DNA of 64,000 nucleotides from contig JBAYHL010000003.1 in the NCBI GenBank assembly GCA_041666185.1, positions 935 to 64,934 of the forward strand, written 5' to 3'. Positions 18,043 to 27,452 of this stretch are shown here, piece after piece (position 1 is the first letter of the stretch; each line of letters starts with the position of its first letter). A model generated the notes under the pieces. It searched no databases. It worked only from the letters and a program-made list of their open reading frames with translations, and was not told the DNA's origin. The translations under genes and the position numbers were made by a program. Origin of the DNA: Patescibacteria group bacterium. GTDB lineage: Bacteria > Patescibacteriota > UBA1384 > UBA12157 > JAENIV01.

Positions 18043-20376
18043 TTGTCAAATATTCTTTGGTTTCGAGACGTTTCAAAGGAAGACATTGCTGTTGCCGGCG
18101 GCAAAGGAGCTAATTTAGGTGAACTAACACGAGCAGGATTACCAGTACCACCTGGTTTTATTATAACTTCAACGGCTTATTTTGATTTCTTGAAAAATAC
18201 AGGTTTAAACAAGAAGATAAAAAAAATTATAAGTGGTCTGGATGTTGATGATAGCAAAAGATTAAACGCTATTGCTTTAGAACTCCAAAAAGAAATTTTA
18301 TCAAAACCCCTACCGAGTAGTTTGGCTAAGGAAATAATTGCTGCTTATCAAAAACTTTACACAACGTCGTCTTCGGCGATTTTTGTGGCCGTTCGTTCTT
18401 CCGCTACCGCAGAAGATTTACCAACAGCTTCTTTTGCCGGTCAACAAAAAACCTTTTTAAATGTTTCTGGTTCCGATGGAGTGATTAAAGCTGTTCGTCA
18501 AGCATGGGCGTCTCTGTTTGAACCGCGGGCAATTTATTATCGTAAAATAAATAACTTCGATGATTTAAAAGTTGGTATTGCTGTGCCGGTCCAAAAAATG
18601 ATACAGTCCGAAAAATCGGGCATTATGTTTACGATCGAGCCAGTGAGCTCGGACATGGAAAAAACTGTTATCGAAGGCGGCTGGGGGTTGGGAGAAGCCA
18701 TTGTTAGTGGTAGTGTCACCCCGGATCGTTATGTAGTTAGAAAAAAAGATTTAGAAATTTTGGAACGAAATATTGAACCACAAGCTTGGAAAATTATTAA
18801 GGTTGGTAAAGAAAACAAACATATTACTTGTACTAAAAAAGAACGAGAAGAGCAAAAATTAACTGATGAGGAAATTAAGAAATTAGCTGAATTTGGTGTA
18901 AAAATTGAGGAACATTACGATGCTCCTCAAGATACCGAATGGGCAATTGAGGGTGGTAATATTTATTTTGTTCAATCAAGACCAGTGACGACGATAAAAA
19001 AAACAACAACTGACAATCAACAACCGACAACTAATGAAGCTCGGCAAGAGGGAGAGTCGTCAGCTGGCGATGGTAAGTTGGAAGTTATTCTCAAAGGTAT
19101 TGCCGCTTCTTTGGGAATTGCTTCTGGTCCAGTTAAAATTATTCACTCACCATCAGAGATTGATAAAGTTTTAGAAGGCGAAGTTTTGGTAACGGAAAAA
19201 ACTAGTCCAGATTTTGTGCCGGCCATGAAGAAAGCGGCGGCAATTATTACTGAAACTGGAGGACAAACTTCTCATGCGGCAATTGTTTCACGTGAGTTAG
19301 GTATTCCTTGTGTTGTTGGTACAGGAACGGCGACCCATGTGTTGAAAACTGGTCAAGTTGTTTCTGTTGATGGCGCCAAAGGTTTTGTTTATAAAGGTAA
19401 AATAACACGTACAGAGGCACCGGCGGCTCATGATGATCATGGTGGTTTTGCTGAGGAAGTGCCAATTACGGCGACCAAAGTTTATGTTAATTTGGGTGAG
19501 CCTTCGGTGGCGGAAAAAGTTGCTCAACTACCAGCCGATGGTGTTGGTTTAATGCGAGCAGAATTTATGATTGCCGAAATTGGTGAACATCCCCGCGCTT
19601 TAGTGAAAGCTGGTAAAAGCGAAGAATATGTCAAAAAAATTGTTGATGGATTAACGGATGTATGCAAAGCTTTTTCTCCTCGACCGGTAGTTTACAGGGC
19701 AACTGATTTTAAAACTAATGAATATAGAAATTTAAAAGGTGGCGAAGCTTTTGAGCCTCAAGAAAATAATCCGATGATTGGTTATCGAGGAGCTTATCGT
19801 TATCTTAAAGAACCGGATTTATTCAAACTAGAACTAGAAGCTATTAAGAGTGTAAGGGGAATGTATGAAAATTTATGGTTGATGATTCCTTTTGTTAGAA
19901 CTATTGCCGAATTTAGAAAAGTAAAAGAATTAATTGATGAGTCAGGTTTACGTCGTGGACCAGACTTTAAGCTTTGGATGATGGTTGAGATTCCTTCAAA
20001 TGTTATTTTGATTAATGAATTTTGCCAGGAAGGTATTGATGGAGTTTCGATCGGTTCAAATGATTTAACACAATTAACTTTAGGAATAGATCGTGATAAC
20101 GAAGTTTTGGCGGAGGAATTTGATGAAAGAGATGAGTCTGTCAGGATTAGCATTGCCCATGTAATTAAAACTTGTCGTAGACACCATATCAGTGTCTCTA
20201 TTTGTGGTCAGGCGGCAACAACTTATCCGGAAATTGCTGAGTTAATGGTCAAAGAAGGAGCAACTTCAGTTTCAGTTTCACCTGATTCGGTGGTGGCAAC
20301 GCGAAAATTAATTGCTTCAGTAGAGAAAAAAATAATGCTTTCAAAAATTATTGACGATGAAGAACAGGTTGGTTAA
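18043..20376 (+). CDS. ppsA: Phosphoenolpyruvate synthase
   Basis: GGKGANLGEL, VRSSATAEDLPTASFAGQQ, TSHAAIVSRELG (phospho-His), SIGSNDLTQL; TTG start after AGGAGG. Confidence 0.97.
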   Translation: MSNILWFRDVSKEDIAVAGGKGANLGELTRAGLPVPPGFIITSTAYFDFLKNTGLNKKIKKIISGLDVDDSKRLNAIALELQKEILSKPLPSSLAKEIIAAYQKLYTTSSSAIFVAVRSSATAEDLPTASFAGQQKTFLNVSGSDGVIKAVRQAWASLFEPRAIYYRKINNFDDLKVGIAVPVQKMIQSEKSGIMFTIEPVSSDMEKTVIEGGWGLGEAIVSGSVTPDRYVVRKKDLEILERNIEPQAWKIIKVGKENKHITCTKKEREEQKLTDEEIKKLAEFGVKIEEHYDAPQDTEWAIEGGNIYFVQSRPVTTIKKTTTDNQQPTTNEARQEGESSAGDGKLEVILKGIAASLGIASGPVKIIHSPSEIDKVLEGEVLVTEKTSPDFVPAMKKAAAIITETGGQTSHAAIVSRELGIPCVVGTGTATHVLKTGQVVSVDGAKGFVYKGKITRTEAPAAHDDHGGFAEEVPITATKVYVNLGEPSVAEKVAQLPADGVGLMRAEFMIAEIGEHPRALVKAGKSEEYVKKIVDGLTDVCKAFSPRPVVYRATDFKTNEYRNLKGGEAFEPQENNPMIGYRGAYRYLKEPDLFKLELEAIKSVRGMYENLWLMIPFVRTIAEFRKVKELIDESGLRRGPDFKLWMMVEIPSNVILINEFCQEGIDGVSIGSNDLTQLTLGIDRDNEVLAEEFDERDESVRISIAHVIKTCRRHHISVSICGQAATTYPEIAELMVKEGATSVSVSPDSVVATRKLIASVEKKIMLSKIIDDEEQVG
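19007..19087. repeat. Heptamer inverted repeat element (copy 3), in frame inside ppsA
   Basis: caactga caatcaa caaccga caactaa ... agagtcg tcagctg gcgatgg taagttg gaagtta, translated as TTDNQQPTTN...DGKLEV. Confidence 0.7.
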
Positions 20377-20540
20377 CGCAGGGTATTGACAAGCGGTTTT
20401 CGTTTCGTCATAATCAATAACATAGAATTATACATACCTCACAGGAAGGGGGTGGGTAGTTTGTTAAACAGTAGTTGAAGTACTCTTGTTCTTGGTAACG
20501 ACGACCATTGTAAGTAAACAAGAACAGGAGGAGTAGTAAA

Positions 20541-20822
20541 ATGTCTGTTATGTTTGTAACTGAAGGAAGGATAGAGAAGGTATTCGGTGTCGAGCTTGGG
20601 TTGTCCAACGGAGAAATGAATAAATTGGACAGTATGGCAGCCAAAGGCTCGGAAGGTGAATTGAAGGCATTGAATAGGCTGGTTCGTAAGGCTGAGAAAA
20701 TCAGTGCGTCCCCTCCTAACGGGAATGGCCATAATGGTCATGGCCATCGGAGTAAGAAACCGTCTAAGGCACCTGCCACTATGCGCGTGTCTCGCGTTGT
20801 TGTCGCGTGTATGTGCCGGTAA
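20541..20822 (+). CDS. Hypothetical 93-aa protein
   Basis: AGGAGGAG RBS, promoter TTGACA-17-CATAAT (20386-20414), terminator ggccgcct..aggcggcctttt (20851-20878). Confidence 0.6.
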   Translation: MSVMFVTEGRIEKVFGVELGLSNGEMNKLDSMAAKGSEGELKALNRLVRKAEKISASPPNGNGHNGHGHRSKKPSKAPATMRVSRVVVACMCR

Positions 20823-20921
20823 CTTGCCTGCGATCTATGTTTTTATGTCGGCCGCCTTTTTTATCAGGCGGCCTTTTAAGTTACAGGAATAATTGGTATA
20901 ATAAGATTAAATTTTAAATTT

Positions 20922-21167
20922 ATGAATTATACATATCTTATTAAAAGTAAAATTAAAGAATGGGTTTATATTGGTTCAACGAAAGATCTTGTTAAGCGTT
21001 TTAGTGAACATAACAATGGTAAAGTCAGAAGTACAAAAGGGTTGATTCCATTTGAGCTGATTTATTACGAAGCATATCAAACTTATCATTTGGCAAGGAA
21101 ACGAGAGGTTGAGTTAAAAAAGCAAGGTCAACAGAAAGAAATATTGTTTAATAGATTAGGATTATGA
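20922..21167 (+). CDS. Small GIY-YIG nuclease family protein
   Basis: YTYLI..YIGSTKDLVKRFSEHNNG..T..PFELIYYEAY..ARKREVELK. Confidence 0.9.
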   Translation: MNYTYLIKSKIKEWVYIGSTKDLVKRFSEHNNGKVRSTKGLIPFELIYYEAYQTYHLARKREVELKKQGQQKEILFNRLGL

Positions 21168-21186
21168 GTTTTATTCTTTGTTGAGC

Positions 21187-21273
21187 GGAGAGGTCGCATA
21201 GAGGCCGAGTGCGTTCGCTTGGAAAGCGAATAGGTTCGTAAGAGCCTCGCGAGTTCGAATCTCGCCCTCTCCG
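21187..21273 (+). tRNA. tRNA-Ser(GGA), CCA not encoded
   Basis: Acceptor ggagagg/cctctcc, anticodon arm ttcgc-ttGGAaa-gcgaa, long variable arm, T loop TTCGAAT. Confidence 0.95.
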
Positions 21274-21287
21274 CTTAGTAAAGAATA

Positions 21288-21341
21288 AGGGTTCTGACCC
21301 TGCGGGTCATCAACCGTAGGTTGAGAATCCCTGCCTCTCCG
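21288..21341 (+). pseudogene. tRNA-Ser-like 3' fragment interrupted by a 30 bp double hairpin
   Basis: agggttc[tgaccctgcgggtca tcaaccgtaggttga]gaatccctgcctctccg. Confidence 0.6.
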
Positions 21342-21403
21342 TTTATCCTGACTTGTCCCGAGTGTAATCGAAGGACCATTTCAGTAAACTTTTGGTGAGT
21401 CGT

Positions 21404-21658
21404 ATGAATAAAAAATGGTTTTTTTATATTGTAAGGTGTAGTGATAATTCGCTGTATTCTGGAATAACGAATAACATTAACGAAAGGATATCCAAGCATA
21501 ATAAAGGAAAGGGTGCAAAATATACATCCTGTAGAAGGCCTGTTAAGCTTGTTTATAGTGAAGAGTGTGAGGATATTTCTAGTGCAAGAAAAAGGGAAGA
21601 GCAGGTAAAAAGGTGGAAAAAGGAAAAGAAAGAAGTGTTAATAAAGGATTTCTCTTGA
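21404..21658 (+). CDS. Small GIY-YIG nuclease family protein (UPF0213-like)
   Basis: WFFYIVRCSDNSLYSGITNNINERISKHNKGKGAKYT..RPVKLVYSE..ARKREEQVK. Confidence 0.92.
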   Translation: MNKKWFFYIVRCSDNSLYSGITNNINERISKHNKGKGAKYTSCRRPVKLVYSEECEDISSARKREEQVKRWKKEKKEVLIKDFS

Positions 21659-21822
21659 CTACGTTTAGGGTAAACGAATCCGCGGTTGATACTTTTCGAC
21701 AGTAATGTTATAGTGAGCATGTTAATTTACTTAAGTACTAAAGCAAACATACCGATGTAAGCTGAACTATTAAGAAATTAGGTCGGTTTACAATTAAATG
21801 TTAATTAAAAAGAAAGAAAAAA

Positions 21823-22095
21823 ATGGCTAAAAAATTATTTGTTGGTGGCTTGTCTTACAACATGACAGAAGACACTTTACGAGAAACTTTTACTAAAGTT
21901 GGTACAGTTGAATCCGCAGTTATTATTAACGATAAAATGACCGGGCAATCAAAAGGTTTTGGTTTTGTTGAAATGGCAACTGAAGAAGAAGCGAAAAAAG
22001 CAATCGAAACACTTAACGGGTCAGAATTAGATGGAAAAAAACTTACCGTTAATGAAGCACGTCCAATGGAAGATCGTCCACGAAGAAGTTTCTAA
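21823..22095 (+). CDS. RRM (RNP-1) RNA-binding protein
   Basis: KLFVGGLSY (RNP2), KGFGFVEM (RNP1), LTVNEARP; promoter TTGATA-17-TATAGT upstream. Confidence 0.95.
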   Translation: MAKKLFVGGLSYNMTEDTLRETFTKVGTVESAVIINDKMTGQSKGFGFVEMATEEEAKKAIETLNGSELDGKKLTVNEARPMEDRPRRSF

Positions 22096-22106
22096 TTGAA
22101 AAAAAT

Positions 22107-22144
22107 AAACTAAAAAGACGGCGTTTTCGCCGTCTTTTTAGTTT
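22107..22144. terminator. Bidirectional intrinsic terminator
   Basis: aaactaaaaagacggcg-tttt-cgccgtctttttagttt. Confidence 0.9.
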
Positions 22145-22342
22145 CTATCCGACCAATCCTGCTAGGTGCAGGAGGTAAAGAAATAGGCCTAATGGAATTA
22201 TGAATAGTGCCCAGCCAAGACTTAGTCCAACTGGTGAGCCCCATTCATCCCATCTTGATCTTCGCCATAACGGGTATGGTTCTTCTAGAACTTGCTTCTG
22301 AACCGATTCCTCCATGGCTTTGTTAAACTCTTTTTTGTCCAT
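22145..22342 (-). CDS. Small membrane protein with a C-terminal TM
   Basis: GGAG RBS then MDKKEFNKAMEES..WDEWGSPVGLSLGWALFIIPLGLFLYLLHLAGLVG; converges on the terminator. Confidence 0.7.
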   Translation of the reverse strand: MDKKEFNKAMEESVQKQVLEEPYPLWRRSRWDEWGSPVGLSLGWALFIIPLGLFLYLLHLAGLVG

Positions 22343-22559
22343 GATTTCTCCAATCAAGTTAGGTTTATAAAGCTATTCAATTCGACCGTATTTGAATAGT
22401 TGGGGCCCTTAAGTTCTCATGTTTGGACTCCTTTTGGTGTCCCAAGGGTAGGACAGGAGTATCTTATCCAACAGCCGTATTATATCTTAATTTAGATCTA
22501 ATTGTCCATTGACCATGACTTATATAAAAAATCCGTCGTAGAGAAACGACGGAAGAAAA

Positions 22560-22697
22560 CTAGTGGCAATTAACCCAATCTCGGCGCCAACCACCGACGT
22601 GATAGAAAAGAAGTGTAAAGAAAGGGATAGCTAAAAAAAAGAGAAGAGCGGCAATAGGTAAATAGAACAGTGCAATCAACCATGACCTTTTTAGCAT
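22560..22697 (-). CDS. Unannotated 45-aa single-TM protein
   Basis: MLKRSWLIALFYLPIAALLFFLAIPFFTLLFYHVGGWRRDWVNCH. GAGGT RBS; downstream hairpin tccgtcgt/acgacgga with a T tract on the minus strand. Confidence 0.55.
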   Translation of the reverse strand: MLKRSWLIALFYLPIAALLFFLAIPFFTLLFYHVGGWRRDWVNCH

Positions 22698-22832
22698 CTC
22701 AGCCTACCTCGTTTCGTCTTGGTTTTATTATCATATACTAATTTTATTGTCTTTGTCACCTTTTCTGCCTGACCGCCATTGCAAGCCCAAAACTTGCTTC
22801 AGGCGTAGTAGGCGGGGTATATTGAAAATACT

Positions 22833-24575
22833 ATGAATGACCAAGTCGAAGAGATAAAAAAAAGAATTGATGTTGTTGATCTAATTTCAAATTATTTAAC
22901 CCTAAAAAAAGCTGGGGTTAATTATAGAGCAGTTTGTCCTTTTCATAATGAAAAAACACCTTCTCTAATGATATCCCCAGAAAAACAAATTTGGCATTGT
23001 TTTGGTTGCTCTGAAGGTGGTGACATCATTACTTTTATAATGAAGATGGAAAATTTAGAATTTCCAGAAGCTTTAAAAATGTTAGCTGACCGAGCAGGGG
23101 TGATTTTAAAACGCCGAACTCAAGACGAGATCTCCCAAGTGCAACCTGATAAAAAAAGTCGGCTTTTTACTGTCAACGCATTTGCTGCGAAAGTTTTTAA
23201 TAAAATTTTAATTACTCATCCGGCGGGAAAAATAGCCTTAGAATACTTAAAAAAAAGAAAACTAACAGATTTAACTATTAAAGAATTTATGATTGGTTAC
23301 GGGCCTTCATCGCGAGCGATGATGCAATTATTAAAGAAGCATGGTTTTTCCGACCAAGAGCTTCAGGGTGCTGGTAACCCCGATAAGTTTTACAAAAGAA
23401 TTATTTTTCCCATTCGTGATGTTATGGGTAATACAATTGCTTTTACTGGTCGTGTGTTAGATTCTAATCAAGAACCAAAATATTTAAACACTCCCGAGAC
23501 GGTAATTTTTCATAAGAGTCGAGTTCTTTATAATCTTGAGAAAGCCAGAGGAGCAATCAGAACCGAGAAGGCTACTGTTGTTGTCGAAGGTCAAATGGAT
23601 GTAATCGCTTCTTGGCAGTCAGGGGTTAAAAATGTTGTTGCTACTTCTGGGACAGCTTTAACTCCCGATCATTTGCAAATTCTTTATCGTTACAGCCCAA
23701 ATATTATTTTCGCTTTTGATTCTGATACAGCCGGTCTTACAAGTGCCAAAAAAGCATACGAGATGGCAATTAGTGAAAGTTTTAATGTTAAAATGGTAAC
23801 TTTGGGTGAGTTTAAAGATCCGGGAGAAATGATTGCTGAAGATCCCAAGCTTTGGTTGGAAGCTGTCAAAAATGCTCGATCAATTATAGATTGGTATTTC
23901 GAATTAGCCTTAAAAAATCATCCGTCAGGTCTTGAAGCAACCGACAAGAAAGAAATTGCTAAAGAAGTTTTGCCAATTTTGAAAAAAATTCCTGATACAA
24001 TTGAGCAGGCTCATTATGTTGGGCTTTTAGCCAAAAAATTGGCAGTTTCTGAGCAAATTATTTTCGATGCTCTGACAAAAGTTACTCCCGAAAAGTCGAA
24101 AAAACAAAAAGAAATCACGCAAGAAAAAAAACCGAAAATATCCGCTCAAGAATTGCTTTTGTCAATTTTATTTAAAAATCCGGTTAAAATTAAAGAAGCC
24201 GGAAAAGCACTTCAGGCAGAAGACTTCCAAGACACTGATTTGAAAATGATTTACAATTATCTCTTGGAATGGTATAATAAAAATAATCAAAGAACCGATA
24301 TTCAGTTAACTGAAAAAGAACTTAAAGAGTCTTTGCGAAAAGATCTTAATCGTCAATTGCAGATTAAAATTGACGAACTTATTTTGATTACCAATGAACA
24401 GGTAGATGATGATCTTATGGAGGATTGGCAAGTAGTTTTAGAAAAAGTCCAAAGCGATAAGAAAGAAGCCTTAAAAGATTATTATTCTCAAGAAATTAAA
24501 AAAGCTGAAATATCTAACGATCTCGAACGGCTAAAAAAATTAATTAAGGAGTTCCAGGATGCCATATCAAAGTAA
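22833..24575 (+). CDS. dnaG: DNA primase
   Basis: [16 protein letters not shown] zinc finger, [22 protein letters not shown] and FDSDTAG. Confidence 0.98.
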   Translation: MNDQVEEIKKRIDVVDLISNYLTLKKAGVNYRAVCPFHNEKTPSLMISPEKQIWHCFGCSEGGDIITFIMKMENLEFPEALKMLADRAGVILKRRTQDEISQVQPDKKSRLFTVNAFAAKVFNKILITHPAGKIALEYLKKRKLTDLTIKEFMIGYGPSSRAMMQLLKKHGFSDQELQGAGNPDKFYKRIIFPIRDVMGNTIAFTGRVLDSNQEPKYLNTPETVIFHKSRVLYNLEKARGAIRTEKATVVVEGQMDVIASWQSGVKNVVATSGTALTPDHLQILYRYSPNIIFAFDSDTAGLTSAKKAYEMAISESFNVKMVTLGEFKDPGEMIAEDPKLWLEAVKNARSIIDWYFELALKNHPSGLEATDKKEIAKEVLPILKKIPDTIEQAHYVGLLAKKLAVSEQIIFDALTKVTPEKSKKQKEITQEKKPKISAQELLLSILFKNPVKIKEAGKALQAEDFQDTDLKMIYNYLLEWYNKNNQRTDIQLTEKELKESLRKDLNRQLQIKIDELILITNEQVDDDLMEDWQVVLEKVQSDKKEALKDYYSQEIKKAEISNDLERLKKLIKEFQDAISK

Positions 24576-25758
24576 TTACAAAACTTCTCGGGCGGCTAAA
24601 TCTTCTAGGGACAGACAAGACAAATCTTCAAAAGAAAGATTGAGCTTGAAGGCAAAAATGAGCAAGAAAAAAGTTTCGCCTTCAAAACGCAAAAAGGAAG
24701 TTGAAATTAAGTTTCCAGAAAACTTAAAAAAGCTTTTGGAAAAAGGTCATCAGGCAGGCTTTGTTACTTACCAAGAAATTTTACAAGCTTTTGAAGAACC
24801 GGAAAAAAAGGTTCCTCTTTTAGATGCTTTGTATGATGAATTTTTTCTTCAAGGAATTGATGTTAAAGAAGGCCGAAAGTTATTGGAAATTGAAGACGAG
24901 CCAACCCAAAAAGTTGGTGAGCTAAAAGATATTTCCGATGATTCAGTAAGAATGTATTTGCGAGAAATTGGCCGAATTCCTCTTTTAAAACCGGATGAAG
25001 AGGTTCGTTTAGCCAAACGTATCGAAGCAGGTGACGAAACGGCTAAGAAAAAATTAGCTGAGGCCAATCTACGATTGGTAGTTTCGATTGCTAAAAAATA
25101 TATTGGCCGCGGACTTTCACTTCTAGATTTGATCCAAGAAGGAAACACCGGACTTTTACGAGCAGTTGTTAAATTTGATTATCATAAAGGTTATAAATTT
25201 TCGACTTATGCAACCTGGTGGATTAGGCAAGCAATTACCAGGGCAATTGCTGATCAAGCCAGAACTATTAGAATTCCTGTTCATATGGTTGAGACAATCA
25301 ACAAGCTTATTCGTACCCAAAGACAATTAGTTCAAGATTTGGGTCGAGAGCCATTACCTGAAGAAATTGCGGCGGAAATGGAAATACCGGTTGAAAAAGT
25401 TGAACATATTATAAAAATTTCTCAAGAAACAGTTTCTTTAGAAACACCAGTTGGTGAAGAAGATGATTCGCGTTTGGGTGATTTTATTGAAGACAAAGAA
25501 TCTCTTTCACCTGAAGAAAATGCTATTTATCAATTAATGAAAGGCCACGTTGGTGAATCGTTAATTTTTCTTTCACCAAGAGAACAAAAAATTCTTAAAA
25601 TGAGATTTGGTTTAGAAGACGGTCGCACCCATACTTTAGAAGAAGTTGGTAAAGAATTTGGTGTGACTCGAGAACGTATTCGTCAAATTGAAGCTAAGTC
25701 TTTACAGAAGCTCAAGAAAAATGAGCAATCTCAAAAACTAAAAGATTACTTAAGATAA
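24559..25758 (+). CDS. rpoD: Primary sigma factor RpoD/SigA (true start may be ATG 24658)
   Basis: [44 protein letters not shown] and TRERIRQIE motifs. Confidence 0.97.
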   Translation: MPYQSNYKTSRAAKSSRDRQDKSSKERLSLKAKMSKKKVSPSKRKKEVEIKFPENLKKLLEKGHQAGFVTYQEILQAFEEPEKKVPLLDALYDEFFLQGIDVKEGRKLLEIEDEPTQKVGELKDISDDSVRMYLREIGRIPLLKPDEEVRLAKRIEAGDETAKKKLAEANLRLVVSIAKKYIGRGLSLLDLIQEGNTGLLRAVVKFDYHKGYKFSTYATWWIRQAITRAIADQARTIRIPVHMVETINKLIRTQRQLVQDLGREPLPEEIAAEMEIPVEKVEHIIKISQETVSLETPVGEEDDSRLGDFIEDKESLSPEENAIYQLMKGHVGESLIFLSPREQKILKMRFGLEDGRTHTLEEVGKEFGVTRERIRQIEAKSLQKLKKNEQSQKLKDYLR

Positions 25759-25780
25759 ATAACAAAATTAAGTCCTAATT

Positions 25781-26446
25781 TTATTTGTATTTTTGTAATA
25801 TAACTTCTTTAACGTCTGGTTTTAGGTAATCAAGAGGTTTAACAATTACTCCTGAAGAAAATGAACTCTTGGTTCCTTCTGTAAGATTCTCATCAGCAAT
25901 CGAGAAAGCTAATAAATTACTATCTGGTTGACTGCCAATTAAGCCAGTGCCAATTGGTTGGCCTTCTCTGACCAAGTCACCCTCTTTAGCTAAAGGCTTT
26001 TCAATTGCTAAATATCTTCCCCATAAACCATAGGAAAAATTAACAATTACTTCGTATTCTCCTAAGCCTTTTCGATTAACTTTTTCAACTTTACCAGAAG
26101 CTAAGCTGTTGATTTGGGTGCCTTCTTTAATATCCATCCAAACAAAATCGTAAACCTTGGGGTCGTCAGTTTGGACACCTAAACCCCCTAACCCTTTTTT
26201 CTGAGAAATCATTAATTTACTAATTGAGGTAGGCAGGTTAAGGCGAACAGTCGAGGCATTAGTTGGTAGGTCACTAACAATATCATCCTTTTTCTCAAGA
26301 TTTTTATCTTTTTCATCTAGCCAACTAGAATTTGACAAATTAACAGAAGGTAAATAATTAGTTCTATATAGTGCGTATAAACCACCGGCGATAACAATGA
26401 CAGCTAAAATTATAACTATTAAAATAATTTTTGCTCGATGACTCAT
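25781..26446 (-). CDS. Membrane-anchored M23-fold protein, catalytic residues apparently absent
   Basis: N-terminal TM; GTQINSLASGKV and KEGDLVREGQPIG are M23-like; no HxxxD or HxH motif. Confidence 0.6.
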   Translation of the reverse strand: MSHRAKIILIVIILAVIVIAGGLYALYRTNYLPSVNLSNSSWLDEKDKNLEKKDDIVSDLPTNASTVRLNLPTSISKLMISQKKGLGGLGVQTDDPKVYDFVWMDIKEGTQINSLASGKVEKVNRKGLGEYEVIVNFSYGLWGRYLAIEKPLAKEGDLVREGQPIGTGLIGSQPDSNLLAFSIADENLTEGTKSSFSSGVIVKPLDYLKPDVKEVILQKYK

Positions 26447-26550
26447 AAAATCCTCCTTTTAAGCTTTCTATATTTAGAATAAAACAAAATTTGAATAAAT
26501 ACAAATATGTGTTTACTTTGCTTGCTTAAAATGATAAAATAACTTTGTAT

Positions 26551-26625
26551 TCCCCGGTAGCTCAACGGTAGAGCAAATCGCTGTTAACGATTAGGTTGTC
26601 CGTTCGAATCGGACCCGGGGAGCCA
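26551..26625 (+). tRNA. tRNA-Asn(GTT)
   Basis: Acceptor tccccgg/ccgggga, anticodon arm aatcg-ctGTTaa-cgatt, encoded CCA; terminator-like hairpin just downstream. Confidence 0.96.
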
Positions 26626-26775
26626 TCAAAAAATACGGTTTAAAGCCGTCTTTTTTGTGTTTAAGATCACAGAGTTTTTAAAAATATTAAACACCCAATT
26701 AAAAGAGCGCACCGTCCCTAATAACCAAGTTAAGGAAATTTTGTGGTATAATAATATTGAGTTGAAAGGATTTTT

Positions 26776-27072
26776 ATGAATTTAAATAGTTTTTTCCAGG
26801 TTTCTGTCAGTATCTTTTGTCTTGTGGGCACAATTTTTATGATCATTCTCTTTATTTGGGCGGTAATAATTCGTATCCAAATCAATAAATTAATCAGGAA
26901 GTTTGAAGAAATTGCTATTACAGCCAAAACTACCACAGGGGAATTCAAGGATTTTATCGAACGAACAATTACTTCATTGGAAAAATTTAAAGACAGCATT
27001 TTAACATTTGAATTTATCCGTAAAATGACTTCCGAAGTAATTACCTTAATAAAAAGTAATAAAAAGGAGTAA
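26776..27072 (+). CDS. Membrane-anchored coiled-coil protein (YtxG/DUF948-like)
   Basis: N-terminal TM plus helical region, directly upstream of a YtxH-domain gene. Confidence 0.6.
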   Translation: MNLNSFFQVSVSIFCLVGTIFMIILFIWAVIIRIQINKLIRKFEEIAITAKTTTGEFKDFIERTITSLEKFKDSILTFEFIRKMTSEVITLIKSNKKE

Positions 27073-27074
27073 CC

Positions 27075-27416
27075 ATGACAATGGACAAAACAACAAAAGG
27101 AATAATCATTGGAGCATCGGTTGGTGTGCTTGCAGGGGCAATCGCCGGCATTTTATTTGCACCGCAATCCGGCAAAGAAACACGGGAGGATATTAAAAAA
27201 TATCTTCATGAAATCAAAGAAAAAATTGCCGAAGAGCTATCACTGGTTGGAGATATCACCAAAGAAAAGTATGATGAGGTTGTTGGTAAAGTGGTAAAAA
27301 TTTACGAAACGGAAAAAAAGATTACCAGTGAAGATGCCACTGACATTAAAGACAAGCTAAAAAATAACTATCACGAAGTAGTAAAAATTGCCACCGAAAA
27401 AACAGACAAAAAGTAA
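27075..27416 (+). CDS. YtxH domain protein
   Basis: GASVGVLAGAIAGILFAPQSGKETREDI signature. Confidence 0.9.
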   Translation: MTMDKTTKGIIIGASVGVLAGAIAGILFAPQSGKETREDIKKYLHEIKEKIAEELSLVGDITKEKYDEVVGKVVKIYETEKKITSEDATDIKDKLKNNYHEVVKIATEKTDKK

Positions 27417-27452
27417 TTAAAAATGTTTAAATAAAAGAAGGAGGTGATTATT

